This document shows positions 63,674 to 64,000 of a DNA stretch of 64,000 nucleotides, piece after piece; the stretch's first letter is position 1, and every line of letters begins with the position of its first letter. Source of the DNA: Acidobacteriota bacterium (GTDB lineage: Bacteria > Acidobacteriota > Vicinamibacteria > Vicinamibacterales > 2-12-FULL-66-21). The stretch spans positions 12,731 to 76,730 of the forward strand of contig QHWT01000078.1 of NCBI GenBank assembly GCA_003222675.1, in the 5' to 3' direction. The notes under the pieces were generated by a model. It saw nothing but the letters and a program-made list of their open reading frames with translations. It was not told where the DNA came from and did no database searches. Both the position numbers and the translations under genes were made by a program.

Positions 63674-64000
63674 CCGCCGCGACCTTCGCGTCGACCTGGG
63701 ACGTGCCGGTAACGGGGAATGCGCGGACGGACTCGAGCGCTTCGCGATACCACTTCACCCACTCGCGCGCCAGCCGAAGCCGCGATCAGATCGACGACTG
63801 CAAGCGCGTCGCGCTCGGAGGCGGACGCGAGAAACCAGGCGCTCGTCGCGACGGCACTCCCGACGTTTACCATCTCCGCGGCGCTCGTCTTCTCGGGGCG
63901 ATCCAGGTTCGTGTGGTAGTAGCGATCAGTGAAGTGCCAGTTGAGCAGCGACGGAATGCCCGCCTGACCGAATGCGGTGTGATCGCTGCCCCCTTCGTAC
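63639..64000 (-). CDS. M28-family peptidase, C-terminal part (gene continues beyond the window; possible frameshift near 63770)
   Basis: The minus-strand translation from the window edge is EGGSDHTAFGQAGIPSLLNWHFTDRYYHTNLDRPEKTSAAEMVNVG... (the SDH..F..GIP...YHT..D pattern). A plausible tail (LAREWVKWYREALESVRAF...) lies in another frame and ends at 63639. Confidence 0.45.

Overview
The window is visibly GC-rich bacterial DNA. All family calls below come from reading motifs by eye; no database search was run. A TIGR03435-type 'soil-associated' domain and PadR-partner proteins suggest an Acidobacteriota-like soil organism, but this is inference only.

Layout:
- 1-13.7 kb is chromosomal or accessory DNA. 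It holds an ECF sigma factor, DoxX, a universal stress protein, a PadR regulator coupled to an S41-peptidase/TIGR03435 fusion, integrase and transposase debris, a caspase/outer-membrane-barrel protein with a DUF4384 partner, a 5'-truncated Fic gene and a decayed UvrD-like helicase.
- 13,786-61,421 is a ~47.6 kb integrative genomic island. It is bounded by perfect 45-bp direct repeats equal to the 3' part of initiator tRNA-Met, and xis and int sit next to the intact tRNA (61,377-61,453).
- The right flank holds a Tat-signal GH31 glycosidase and a partial M28 peptidase.

Island cargo is almost entirely metal-related:
- an intact cusCBA-like RND system with PCYCGC, FixH-like and Met-rich accessory genes;
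- a second, decayed RND operon plus a CDF gene;
- an arsR-MIP channel-arsC set;
- two paralogous merR / merT-like modules;
- YHS, HMA and desulforedoxin-like small metal-binding proteins;
- a RES-Xre toxin-antitoxin pair and putative island maintenance genes.

Most interesting candidates:
1. A complex-I membrane-arm-only gene set (nuoA-H-J-K-L-M-N order, no peripheral-arm genes) sits directly downstream of cusCBA. Its NuoJ carries an inserted CPMHP...CPKCGM heavy-metal-binding domain plus a His/Met-rich tract.
2. The gene after each merR-merT-like pair contains an in-frame TGA exactly at the first position of a CxxC-type motif (U-SG-C and U-PT-C). Each TGA is followed by a stem-loop, so these are candidate selenoproteins or decayed genes.

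Many other genes carry frameshifts or small deletions. The distribution is uneven, which looks more like real decay than random sequencing error.
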